Assembly (NCBI RefSeq): GCF_007748075.1
Contig: NZ_CP036280.1
Location: forward strand, 240,001-272,000
Direction of reading: 5' to 3'
DNA from: Mucisphaera calidilacus
GTDB lineage: Bacteria; Planctomycetota; Phycisphaerae; Phycisphaerales; Phycisphaeraceae
Length of the DNA: 32,000 bases
Of this stretch, positions 18,273 to 27,640 are shown in pieces. A program made the position numbers and the translations under genes. Every line of letters begins with the position of its first letter. The first letter of the stretch is position 1. The notes under the pieces were generated by a model, which saw nothing but the letters and a program-made list of their open reading frames with translations, was not told the origin of the DNA and did not search any database.

Positions 18273-19271
18273 TCACGCCGCCAGCACCAGACGGTACCTG
18301 GGCGAACCCGAACGCAGCTTCTCAAACGCCTCGTTGATCTCGGCCATCGGGTACCGCTCCGTCATCGGCTCGATCCCGTGACGCGCCGCGAAGTCAAGCA
18401 TCGTCGCGATCACCGACGGACTGCCCACAGGCGACCCGCCCAGGCTCTTCTGGCCCAGAATCATCGGGAACACCGGAAGCGTCACGTCCGGCGCCGCACC
18501 CACCACGTGCAGCCGACCCTTAGGCGACAACGTCTCCAGATAACTCGGCCAGTCCAACGACACGTTCACCGTCGAGATCACAAAATCAAGCGACCCCGCA
18601 ATCGACTTGAACGACTCCGGATCACGCGAGTTCGCAATGTGATGAGCCCCCAGCCCGCGAGCCTCCTCCGCCTTCGACTCCGACGACGTGAACGCCGTCA
18701 CCTCGCAACCCCACTTGCTCAGGAACTGCAACGCCAGGTGGCCCAGCCCGCCGATCCCGATCACGCCCACGCGGTCCGTAGGCCGAACATCAAACTGAAC
18801 CATCGGGTTGAACACCGTGATCCCGCCGCAGAAAAGCGGCCCCGCCTTCATCGGGTCAACACCCTCAGGCAAAGGCACCACGCTGTTCGCGTGACCACGA
18901 ACACGATCCGCAAACCCGCCGTGACGACCCACAATCGTCGCCTCCGACGAACCGCACAGATTGTGATCCCCGCTCATGCACTGCTGGCAATGCATGCACG
19001 CGTTGCTGAACCACCCCAGACCCGCAACCTGCCCCACCGACAGATGCTCCACCGCATCACCCACCGCCACGATCTTCCCGATCACCTCGTGACCACCCAC
19101 AAACGGATACGTCGTCATCCCCCAGTCATTGTTCACCATCGACAGGTCCGAGTGACAGATCCCCGACGAGATCACCTCCAGTTCAACCTCGCCAGCCTTC
19201 AACTCACCCGGGTCATACTCAAAAGCCTCAAACGCCCCACCCGCTTCCGCCGCCGCATACGCCTTGAACAT
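18273..19271 (-). CDS. zinc-type NAD(P)-dependent alcohol dehydrogenase (cinnamyl-alcohol/YahK-like group)
   Basis: ATG at 19271, 7 nt after GGAG (the track ORF has a 19-codon extension). GICHSDLSM, GHEVIGKIVAVG, structural-zinc Cys cluster CMHCQQCMSGDHNLC, Rossmann motif VGVIGIGGLGHLALQF. Confidence 0.9.
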   Translation of the reverse strand: MFKAYAAAEAGGAFEAFEYDPGELKAGEVELEVISSGICHSDLSMVNNDWGMTTYPFVGGHEVIGKIVAVGDAVEHLSVGQVAGLGWFSNACMHCQQCMSGDHNLCGSSEATIVGRHGGFADRVRGHANSVVPLPEGVDPMKAGPLFCGGITVFNPMVQFDVRPTDRVGVIGIGGLGHLALQFLSKWGCEVTAFTSSESKAEEARGLGAHHIANSRDPESFKSIAGSLDFVISTVNVSLDWPSYLETLSPKGRLHVVGAAPDVTLPVFPMILGQKSLGGSPVGSPSVIATMLDFAARHGIEPMTERYPMAEINEAFEKLRSGSPRYRLVLAA

Positions 19272-19354
19272 GACACGCTCCTGGTTAGGGGATAAACCGC
19301 ACTCTAGCGCCGTCGCCCATCCGGTCAAGGCATATCATCGAGGATCATCCCCCT

Positions 19355-20656
19355 CTACTCCTCCCGACGCAGCATCTCCCGAGGCGGCAGATCACGCAGA
19401 CGCTCCGGATAATCGGCCGGCAGGGCCCACACGAACCCATACTTGCTCTGAACCAACCCACGCTCCGCAGGACCCAGGTCCGTGCGCACCGCCAGCACCA
19501 CGTCCGTGCTCGCCCACGGATTCGTAAACCAATACTCGTGACCCGTGATATCAAAACCACGCGTCTCCGCACCCAGAGACACGTCCAGGGCCATCACGTT
19601 CCCCAGACCCTCAATCATCTCCGCCTCCTCAGCCGTCATCGACCCGTCCTTCTGCCCGATACGCGTCTGCCCACCCATGAAGAACTTCGCGTTGATCAAG
19701 GCGATGTCATTCGACGACGCACTCACGATCACACGCTCACTCAACGACGAGATCCTCCCGATCGAATCCAGAAACAGGTCACGCTCCACGTCACCCGCCA
19801 CGAAATAAACCGTCCCCAGACGCAGCTTCTCACGCAGCGACGCACCCTCCGACAACAACGGCGCCTGACGATCATGAAGCGATGCCAACGCCTGCGTCAG
19901 AACACGCGCGCCCGCACTCCACGCCACGATGTGAATCCGCCGCGCCGCGCTCTTCTCCGCCAGAACCTCCAACAGCCGCGCCAGCGATTCCGCCGACGCA
20001 CGCCCACGCTCCATGTCCGACCCGAACGCGTAATGAAAAATGTCCTGGTGCGTCGGCCAGCAGAACGCAAGCGACGTCATGTCTCGACCCATGAAGTGAT
20101 CGATCTGCGCCGCAAACGCGTTCCCGTTGTAAAAATCAACCTTCGCACCGTGCACGTAGATCATCAGATCCTTGTCGCGAGCATCACCGATCGAATCATT
20201 CAGATCATGCATCCACCAGCCCACGCCCGTCGTCTCAACAATCTCCTCCGTCGTCCCCGCCGGATCAAAACCGCCCGCCTCCACCACGCCATTCACCGTC
20301 AAAACCACCGACTCCTCACGCTCACGCCGCGACACCACCTCCTGCAACGCCTCCCAGCTCAGCGACGGACTCCCAAACCCGATCAGCGACAACCCCACCG
20401 ACACCTGGTCACTGAGCTTGTTCCCGTAATCCACACGCCGCATGTCCGTCGTTCGCGTACGCGTCGTCGCATAGTAAACCCGACGATTCGTAAACCGCTC
20501 CGACTCCGGCACGTGATCCACCGGACCCTTACCCAGCTCCGTATACACCACAGGCGTAGGCATCAACGTCTTGATCCCGCTCGTACACCCCCACGAAACC
20601 ACAACCACAACCACAAGAACCAGACACAAACCCACTCGCTCAGACAGGCAGCTCAT
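19355..20656 (-). CDS. lipoprotein alpha/beta hydrolase of the DUF900-like type
   Basis: Lipobox-like N-terminus LVVVVVVSWGC. RRVYYATTR, DLMIYVHGAKVDFYNG.AFAAQIDHF, LAFCWPTH and the nucleophile-elbow-like IHIVAWSAGARV match the DUF900 hydrolase pattern as recalled. Confidence 0.7.
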   Translation of the reverse strand: MSCLSERVGLCLVLVVVVVVSWGCTSGIKTLMPTPVVYTELGKGPVDHVPESERFTNRRVYYATTRTRTTDMRRVDYGNKLSDQVSVGLSLIGFGSPSLSWEALQEVVSRREREESVVLTVNGVVEAGGFDPAGTTEEIVETTGVGWWMHDLNDSIGDARDKDLMIYVHGAKVDFYNGNAFAAQIDHFMGRDMTSLAFCWPTHQDIFHYAFGSDMERGRASAESLARLLEVLAEKSAARRIHIVAWSAGARVLTQALASLHDRQAPLLSEGASLREKLRLGTVYFVAGDVERDLFLDSIGRISSLSERVIVSASSNDIALINAKFFMGGQTRIGQKDGSMTAEEAEMIEGLGNVMALDVSLGAETRGFDITGHEYWFTNPWASTDVVLAVRTDLGPAERGLVQSKYGFVWALPADYPERLRDLPPREMLRREE

Positions 20657-20755
20657 AACACAACCTCACGGGTAACAGCACGCAGACCAGAACGCACGGA
20701 CCACCCCCATAGTACGAATTTCAATCCTTCACGAGACCCGCACGCCGCCAAACAC

Positions 20756-23323
20756 CTACTCCGACCACACCACCACCATCGACCACGCAGGCAACACGAT
20801 CTCACCCGTCGCCGCCGCCAACGGCTCGTCCGCCGAAGCCGACGCCGCATCGACCATCACGCTCCACGTCCCCTCAGGCAGAGGCAGCGTGTGCTTCTCC
20901 GGCTCACCGTTGTAAGCCACGATGATCCGCGACCAAGAATCACCCACCGCCGCACCATCCAGCTCGAACGCAAACAACTTCCCCAACTGCAGGAAGTGGA
21001 TGTGCCGACGCACCGTCTCCGAGTCCGGGATCCGAAACGCCGGGTGCGCCCTGCGGATCGCGATCAGACCCCTCACGTACGCATAAACATCCCGGTACTC
21101 CGCCTTGCGATCCCAGTCAAAACGATTGACCGCATCGCCCGCGTTGTACGAGTTGTGATGCCCCCCCTTGGTCCGCGCAAAATCCGAGCCGCCATGCAGA
21201 AACGCCACGCCCTGACTCGTCAGCACCATCCCCAACGCCAGCTTCTGCATCGCACGCTTGTCCGCGTCACTCGCCTTAGGCAGCGTGTACTCAAGCTTGT
21301 CCCAGTACGTCCGGTTGTCGTGCGCCGACACGTAATTCACCGACTCCGTCGGCTCGTCCGCGAAATCACTGATCCCCCCCGCGACACCCTCCCGGATCGC
21401 CTCCGTGTTCCCACCCTTGCCGTTCGCAAAACCCTGACTCTTCCCGTCCAGGTCGCCACGGATCGCGTTGCGGTAATGGTCGTTGAACACCGCCATCGCC
21501 ATCCCACGCTGCGCACCCTTCGGGAAATGCGTCGGCCCACCACCCGTCCACGGCTCGCCATAAAGCGTCAGGTCCTCACGGATCGCCAGCAACGCCTCGC
21601 ACAACGCCTCCACCGTCTCCGGGTGATGCGTCCCCAGCAAGTCAAACCGAAAACCGTCCACACGGTACTCGTTCACCCAGAACACCAGCGAATCCACGAT
21701 GTACTTCCGCACCATCAGACGCTCGTCCGCCACCGAGTTCCCCACGCCAGCATCGTTTAGCAATAAACCGTCGTCACCCGTCCGGAAGTAGTAGTTCGGC
21801 ACCGTCTGATGGAAAGGCGAAAATTCAAAGCTGCTCGACGTGTGGTTGTACACCACGTCAAGAATCACACGGATCCCCTTCCCGTGCAGACCCGACACCA
21901 TCTGCTTGAACTCGCTCGGACCCGCCATCGGGTCATAAACGTCCGTCGCATAATTCGACTCGGGCAGATTGAACAACGCCGTCCAGTAACCCCAGTTGTA
22001 CTCGCCCACCGCCGACGAAAAATCATGAATAGGCAGCAGGTGCACCGCCGTCACACCCAGGTCCAGCAGATGATCCACACCCGTCGACACCCCGTCCCCC
22101 TCCGCCGGGTTCTCGTGAATCAAACCGAGGTAAGTGCCCCGATGCTCCTCCGGACACGACGCATCCGCCACCGAATAGTCCCGCACGTGAATCTCGTAAA
22201 TCACCTCGTCCGTCTGGTGCTCCCGAACCGGATTCGCCACAAGACCCCAACCCTCCGGGTCCGTCCGGTCCAGATCAATCACCACCGAACGACGGCTGTC
22301 AAACGTCGCCGCGTACGTGTTGATGTCCGCCGCGATGCGCTCCTGACCATACGACACAAACCGATACACATACGCCTTGCCTTGCAGATCACCCTCCACC
22401 CGCACAGCCCAGACACCCCGCTCACCCTGCTCCATCGGCACCACCCGCGACGGCTCACGCGCATCCAACGCGTCATACAACAACAACTCCGCCGACACCG
22501 ACACAGGCGACCACACCGCGAAATCCGTCCCCGCCGCCGAATAACGATGCCCCAGCTCAGCATCCAACGCCAGGTAAGCCGCGCTGTCCAGCACGCCCCG
22601 CGCATAAATCCAACGCGGCTCAAACTCCGGAATCGTCAGCTGAAGCCGGCCCACGTCCCCAGGCAGAACCTTCCGCGTCAGGTGCAGGTCATAAACAATC
22701 CGCGCCGTCGTGTCACTCTTGGTCCGCTCCACCCGCGACACCGAATACGTGCTCGGGTTCTCACCCGCCGTCGCGATCCGAATCGCCGTCCGCTGACGCT
22801 GCGTCAACTGACCCGTCGCCGCGATCCGGATCCGATCATCACCATCCAGAAACGCCGCCACCAGCTTGGTCGTCAGGTCCACCCGCGCCGGAGTTGTATA
22901 AATGTTGTTGTCGCCAGACACGAGCCAGACCTCCGTGATGGGCTTGGAATCGGACAGAGTAACGAAACGATCCATCCCCACGTCCCGGGTTTCCCATTCA
23001 TTCTTCCGCAGAAGAAACCCCGACCGCACCGAACGGTCCTCAACCGGAATCACGAAGTAGGGCCCATAATCCGTCTCACCCGCAGGATCGACACCCCCGC
23101 CCTCACCCCCCTCGGCCCACGACCACACGTTCCAACCCTCATAAACCCCGTCCGGCCGGTGATAGTGCATGATCAGCACCGACTCCGTGCCGTAGTCCGA
23201 CACCACCACACGATCCGCCACCGAGACCGGCACCACCTCCGCACAAACCCCCGAAACCCCGACCAGCAGACCCACCGCCACAACAAGCCCGACCACCACG
23301 CGACGCATCGCCATCCTGAACAT
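20756..23323 (-). CDS. pulA: type I pullulanase (GH13 alpha-1,6-glucosidase)
   Basis: The ATG at 23323 is preferred because GGAG lies 8 nt upstream (the track start at 23338 is a TTG). Signal peptide MRRVVVGLVVAVGLLVGVSGVCA. GH13 conserved regions VILDVVYNHT, VDGFRFDLLG, YGEPW, NYVSAHDN, plus the pullulanase-type YNWGY motif and an N-terminal CBM-like region. Confidence 0.9.
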   Translation of the reverse strand: MFRMAMRRVVVGLVVAVGLLVGVSGVCAEVVPVSVADRVVVSDYGTESVLIMHYHRPDGVYEGWNVWSWAEGGEGGGVDPAGETDYGPYFVIPVEDRSVRSGFLLRKNEWETRDVGMDRFVTLSDSKPITEVWLVSGDNNIYTTPARVDLTTKLVAAFLDGDDRIRIAATGQLTQRQRTAIRIATAGENPSTYSVSRVERTKSDTTARIVYDLHLTRKVLPGDVGRLQLTIPEFEPRWIYARGVLDSAAYLALDAELGHRYSAAGTDFAVWSPVSVSAELLLYDALDAREPSRVVPMEQGERGVWAVRVEGDLQGKAYVYRFVSYGQERIAADINTYAATFDSRRSVVIDLDRTDPEGWGLVANPVREHQTDEVIYEIHVRDYSVADASCPEEHRGTYLGLIHENPAEGDGVSTGVDHLLDLGVTAVHLLPIHDFSSAVGEYNWGYWTALFNLPESNYATDVYDPMAGPSEFKQMVSGLHGKGIRVILDVVYNHTSSSFEFSPFHQTVPNYYFRTGDDGLLLNDAGVGNSVADERLMVRKYIVDSLVFWVNEYRVDGFRFDLLGTHHPETVEALCEALLAIREDLTLYGEPWTGGGPTHFPKGAQRGMAMAVFNDHYRNAIRGDLDGKSQGFANGKGGNTEAIREGVAGGISDFADEPTESVNYVSAHDNRTYWDKLEYTLPKASDADKRAMQKLALGMVLTSQGVAFLHGGSDFARTKGGHHNSYNAGDAVNRFDWDRKAEYRDVYAYVRGLIAIRRAHPAFRIPDSETVRRHIHFLQLGKLFAFELDGAAVGDSWSRIIVAYNGEPEKHTLPLPEGTWSVMVDAASASADEPLAAATGEIVLPAWSMVVVWSE

Positions 23324-23500
23324 GAGCAAACTCCACAATCAGACCCATGAAACCCTCGATCCGGCCACAGTTTAACCGTTTCACCGAGCCTGAACAGCCC
23401 CCAATCCGCCATTTCACACACTTATTCTCACACCCGGGTGGCTGTGGACAGACCGAGTCTGCGAGGGCTGCCCACAGATCCCAGTGTTTTCTTAACCCCC

Positions 23501-23567
23501 ACGAGCCCCAAGCGCGAGCTTGGGGTGCCCACACCCCTACGAGCCCCAAGCGCAAGCTTGGGGCGCC
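23501..23567. repeat. two tandem copies of a 29-nt unit, each forming an 8-bp hairpin closed by a GNRA tetraloop
   Basis: ACGAGCCCCAAGC-GCGA-GCTTGGGGTGCC (23501-23529) and ACGAGCCCCAAGC-GCAA-GCTTGGGGCGCC (23539-23567). The stem is CCCCAAGC/GCTTGGGG. They lie in the divergent intergenic region between pulA and the giant pentapeptide gene. Confidence 0.7.
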
Positions 23568-23718
23568 ACACCGCAACCGAGTCCCCGAGGTTGCTGTTTG
23601 TAAACCCTCCCAACCCCGACCAACACCCAACGCCGAATCGAAGGACTCCCAAAAAAAGTCCACGAAATCCTCTGTCCGTGATAAACTTTCACCATTGCCT
23701 CACCACGGAGAGAGAGCC

Positions 23719-26700
23719 ATGACACGCATCACTTCCGGGGGCCTCGCCGCCCTCGCGTTCACCCTCGCGACCTCAGCACATGCCGACATCAAGCAGTGGG
23801 AGTACATCGACCCCGCAAACCCCGATCTGGGCCGCCAGCGATCCACCACCCTCGCTCCCGACGGCGCAGGACGCGACGCCACCCCCAACGCCATCCTGAA
23901 TGACCTCGACCTCACCAAGGCGTGGCTGCGCTCGGCAGACCTCACCAACGCCAACTTGGGAGGTGCTACGCTGACCAACGCCGACCTGACCGGGGCCTAC
24001 CTCTACCAAGCCACACTGACCGACGCCAACCTCACCAACGCCAACATCACCGAGGCAAACCTCTACCAAGCCACACTGACCAACGCCAACATCGCCGGTG
24101 CAGTTTTTCATGACACCACTTCTCGCGGCTTTACCGCAACGCAGCTCTACAGCACCGCCAGCTACCAGAACAAGGACCTCAGCGGTCTGAACCTGGGCAA
24201 TAACGACCTCACCGGCTGGGACTTCACCGACCAGAACCTCACGGAGGCAGACTTCGACAACGCCACACTGACCGATGCCAACCTGAGCAACGCTAACCTC
24301 ACCGACGCAGACTTCGAAGAAGCCATACTGACCGATGCCGACCTGAGCAACGCCGACATCACCAAGGCAAACCTCTACCAAGCCACACTGACCGACGCCA
24401 ACCTCACCAACGCCAACATCACCGAGGCAAACCTCTACCAAGCCACACTGACCAACGCCAACATCGCCGGTGCAGTTTTTCATGACACCACTTCTCGCGG
24501 CTTTACCGCAACGCAGCTCTACAGCACCGCCAGCTACCAGAACAAGGACCTCAGCGGCGTGAGCCTAAGCGGTAACGACCTCACCGGCTGGGACTTCACC
24601 GACCAGAACCTCACGGAGGCAGACTTCGAAGAAGCCATACTGACCGATGCCGACCTGAGCAACGCCGACATCACCAAGGCAAACCTCACCAACGCCAACC
24701 TCACCAACGCCAACATCACCGAGGCAGATTTTCGTTACACCACCTCTCGTGGTTTCACCGCCAGCCAACTCTACAGCACCGCCAGCTACCAGAACAAGGA
24801 CCTCAGCGGCCTGAACCTGAGGGGCAACGACCTCACCGGCTGGGACTTCACCGACCAGAACCTCACGGAGGCAAACTTCCGCTATGCCACGCTCACCAAC
24901 GCCGACCTGTCCGACGCAATCATCACCGGGGCATCCTTCTATTCAACCACCTCTCGTGGTTTCACCGCAGCCCAGCTCTACAGCACCGCCAGCTACCAGA
25001 ACAAGGACCTCAGCGGCGTGAGCCTAAGCGGTAACGACCTCACCGGCTGGGACCTCGCCGACCAGAACCTCACCGGGGCCTACTTCTACGGCGCCACGCT
25101 GACCAACGCCAACCTCACCAACGCCAACATCACCGAGGCAGATTTTGGTTACACCACCTCTCGTGGTTTCACCGCCAGCCAGCTCTACAGCACCGCCAGC
25201 TACCAGAACAAGGACCTCAGCGGCGTGAGCCTAAGCGGTAACGACCTCACCGGCTGGGACTTCACCGACCAGAACCTCACGGAGGCATCCTTCCACTATG
25301 CCTGGCTCACCAACGCCGATCTGACCAACGCCAACCTCACCTGGGCCTACCTCTACAACGCCGACCTGACCAACGCCGACCTGAGCAACGCCAACATCAC
25401 CGAGGCAGATTTTGGTTACACCACCTCTCGTGGTTTCACCGCCAGCCAGCTCTACAGCACCGCCAGCTACCAGAACAAGGACCTCAGCGGTCTGAACCTG
25501 GGCTATAACGACCTCACCGGCTGGGACTTCTCCGGTCAGAACCTCACCGATGCAGACTTCGAGTCTGCCACGCTGACCAACGCCGACCTGAGCAACGCCG
25601 TCATCGCCGGTGCAGTTTTTTATTACAGCACCTATCGTGGTTTCACCGCCAGCCAGCTCTACAGCACCGCCAGCTACCAGAACAAGGACCTCAGCGGCGT
25701 GAGCCTAAGCGGTAACGACCTCACCGGCTGGGATTTCTCCGGTCAGAACCTCACCGATGCAGACTTCGAGTCTGCCACGCTGACCAACGCCGACCTGACC
25801 AACGCCGACCTGACCAACGCCAACATCACCGAGGCAAACCTCTACCAAGCCACACTGACCAACGCCAACCTCACCAACGCCAACATCACCGAGGCAGATT
25901 TTCGTTACACCACCTCTCATGGTTTCACCGCCAGCCAACTCTACAGCACCGCCAGCTACCAGAACAAGGACCTCAGCGGCGTGAGCCTAAGAGGTAACGA
26001 CCTCACCGGCTGGGACTTCACCGGCCAGAACCTCACGGAGGCATCCTTCCACTATGCCTGGCTCACCAACGCCGACCTGACCAACGCCGTCATCGCCGGT
26101 GCAGTTTTTTATTACAGCACCTATCGTGGTTTCACCGCCAGCCAGCTCTACAGCACCGCCAGCTACCAGAACAAGGACCTCAGCGGCGTGAGCCTAAGGG
26201 GTAACGACCTCACCGGCTGGGACTTCACCGACCAGAACCTCACGGAGGCATCCTTCCTCTATGCCACGCTGACCAACGCCGACCTGAGCAACGCCGACAT
26301 CACCAAGGCAAACCTCTACCAAGCCACACTGACCAACGCCAACCTCACCAACGCCAACATCACCGAGGCAAACCTCTTCCAAGCCACACTGACCAACGCC
26401 AACCTCACCAACGCCAACATCACCGAGGCAGATTTTCGTTACGCCACCTATCGTGGTTTCACCGCCAGCCAGCTCTACAGCACCGCCAGCTACCAGAACA
26501 AGGACCTCAGCGGTCTGAACCTGGGCTATAACGACCTCACCGGCTGGGACTTCTCCGGTCAGAACCTCACCGATGCAGACTTCGAGTCTGCCACGCTGAC
26601 CAACGCCGACCTGAGCAACGCCAACATCGCCCGGGCTAGCTTTTCTAACACGACCTCTAGCGGCTTCACCGCAGCCCAGCTCTACAGCACCGCCAGCTAC

Positions 26701-27558
26701 CAGAACAAGGACCTCAGCGGCGTGAGCCTAAGCTATAACGACCTCACCGGCTGGGACTTCACCGACCAGAACCTCACTGAGGCCTACTTCTACGGCGCCA
26801 CGCTGACCAACGCCGACCTGAGCAACGCCGACACCAGAGGATCCTACGGGTTGACCAGCGACCAACTGCTTTCAGCCGCCGACACCACCAACCTCATCCA
26901 CCCCGACGGCCACGTCGAGGGCTTGACTCTCGTTGCCAGCCAGACCTTCCGCGTCTGGGACTTTATGCCGCACAGAGAGACGCTTCCGATCATCCCCATC
27001 ACCATCGAGCAGCACCTCACCCTCGACCCCGCCGCCACCTTCCGCATGGTCTTCGAGGACGACCAGTGGGGCTCCCTCATCCAGTTCGCCGACCCCGGCA
27101 CCCCCGTCACCCTCGCAGGCACCCTCCTCCTCGAGTTCGACGACACCCTCACCCTCGACGACCTGCTCCTCCTCGACGGCGTCACCTACCAGCTCTTCGA
27201 CTGGACCGATGCCAACATCACCGGAGCCTTCGACAGCATTACCTACGACGGCCCTGGCAGTTTCGACACCTCTCTGCTCATGACCACGGGTGAAGTCACC
27301 TACAACTTCGCATCCGGCCTCCCCGGTGATGCCAACAGCGATGGCAGTGTGGATCTCTTGGATCTCTCAATCCTGGCAAGCAACTTCAATCAATCAGGAG
27401 ACTACGAGCAGGGCGACTTCAACGGCGACAACACCATCGACCTCCTCGACCTCTCCATCCTCGCCAGCAACTTCGGCAACACCACCATCCCGACCCCCGC
27501 GACCCTCCCGCTGACCACCCTCGGGCTCCTCTTAATCACCCGCCGACCCGCCGCCTGA
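23719..27558 (+). CDS. giant secreted pentapeptide-repeat protein (1279 aa) with uncharacterised pre-anchor domain, dockerin-like twin repeat and variant PEP-CTERM tail
   Basis: ATG at 23719 after GGAGAGAGAG gives the signal peptide MTRITSGGLAALAFTLATSAHA; the 124 upstream in-frame codons of the track ORF are not coding-like. There are hundreds of A(D/N)LXX pentapeptide units, organised in 11 modules each opened by RGFTA.QLYSTASYQNKDLSG. The C-terminus carries GDANSDGSVDLLDLSILASNF...GDFNGDNTIDLLDLSILASNFG and then IPTPATLPLTTLGLLLITRRPAA. Confidence 0.9.
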   Translation: MTRITSGGLAALAFTLATSAHADIKQWEYIDPANPDLGRQRSTTLAPDGAGRDATPNAILNDLDLTKAWLRSADLTNANLGGATLTNADLTGAYLYQATLTDANLTNANITEANLYQATLTNANIAGAVFHDTTSRGFTATQLYSTASYQNKDLSGLNLGNNDLTGWDFTDQNLTEADFDNATLTDANLSNANLTDADFEEAILTDADLSNADITKANLYQATLTDANLTNANITEANLYQATLTNANIAGAVFHDTTSRGFTATQLYSTASYQNKDLSGVSLSGNDLTGWDFTDQNLTEADFEEAILTDADLSNADITKANLTNANLTNANITEADFRYTTSRGFTASQLYSTASYQNKDLSGLNLRGNDLTGWDFTDQNLTEANFRYATLTNADLSDAIITGASFYSTTSRGFTAAQLYSTASYQNKDLSGVSLSGNDLTGWDLADQNLTGAYFYGATLTNANLTNANITEADFGYTTSRGFTASQLYSTASYQNKDLSGVSLSGNDLTGWDFTDQNLTEASFHYAWLTNADLTNANLTWAYLYNADLTNADLSNANITEADFGYTTSRGFTASQLYSTASYQNKDLSGLNLGYNDLTGWDFSGQNLTDADFESATLTNADLSNAVIAGAVFYYSTYRGFTASQLYSTASYQNKDLSGVSLSGNDLTGWDFSGQNLTDADFESATLTNADLTNADLTNANITEANLYQATLTNANLTNANITEADFRYTTSHGFTASQLYSTASYQNKDLSGVSLRGNDLTGWDFTGQNLTEASFHYAWLTNADLTNAVIAGAVFYYSTYRGFTASQLYSTASYQNKDLSGVSLRGNDLTGWDFTDQNLTEASFLYATLTNADLSNADITKANLYQATLTNANLTNANITEANLFQATLTNANLTNANITEADFRYATYRGFTASQLYSTASYQNKDLSGLNLGYNDLTGWDFSGQNLTDADFESATLTNADLSNANIARASFSNTTSSGFTAAQLYSTASYQNKDLSGVSLSYNDLTGWDFTDQNLTEAYFYGATLTNADLSNADTRGSYGLTSDQLLSAADTTNLIHPDGHVEGLTLVASQTFRVWDFMPHRETLPIIPITIEQHLTLDPAATFRMVFEDDQWGSLIQFADPGTPVTLAGTLLLEFDDTLTLDDLLLLDGVTYQLFDWTDANITGAFDSITYDGPGSFDTSLLMTTGEVTYNFASGLPGDANSDGSVDLLDLSILASNFNQSGDYEQGDFNGDNTIDLLDLSILASNFGNTTIPTPATLPLTTLGLLLITRRPAA
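24001..26830 (+). repeat. intragenic higher-order tandem repeats (11 modules of about 69-123 codons) with long perfectly identical DNA blocks
   Basis: For example, 24001-24185 is identical to 24373-24557 (185 nt, offset 372). The block CAGCTCTACAGCACCGCCAGCTACCAGAACAAGGACCTCAGCGG recurs 11 times. Other blocks of about 110-160 nt recur near 25441/26464 and 25598/26086. Confidence 0.85.
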
Positions 27559-27582
27559 GAACCGATACTTTCTTTCACCCCC

Positions 27583-27629
27583 ACCCCCTGATTCCGGGGG
27601 TCGCGCGCACAAGGACGGTTCTTGTGCGC
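27583..27629 (+). terminator. two consecutive hairpins after the giant gene stop (terminator-like, no T-run)
   Basis: ACCCCC-TGATTCC-GGGGGT (27583-27601) and GCGCACAAG-GACGGTT-CTTGTGCGC (27605-27629), 25-70 nt after the stop at 27556-27558. Confidence 0.4.
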
Positions 27630-27640
27630 ACGTCGTGACC

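Noticed and set aside
23347-23718. 124-codon upstream extension of the giant pentapeptide ORF in the supplied track.
   Set aside because: The extension is Pro/Ser/basic-rich and contains the twin hairpin repeats. A Shine-Dalgarno sequence plus ATG at 23719 gives a clean signal peptide. Similar upstream extensions were trimmed for 2501-3046, 3563-4396, 7302-7688, 13276-14532, 14360-15481 and 18273-19328.
23900-26830. Regular DNA periodicity that might be mistaken for a CRISPR array or satellite.
   Set aside because: The repeats are in frame within one long ORF and translate to pentapeptide units and conserved modules. There is no repeat-spacer architecture and no cas genes.
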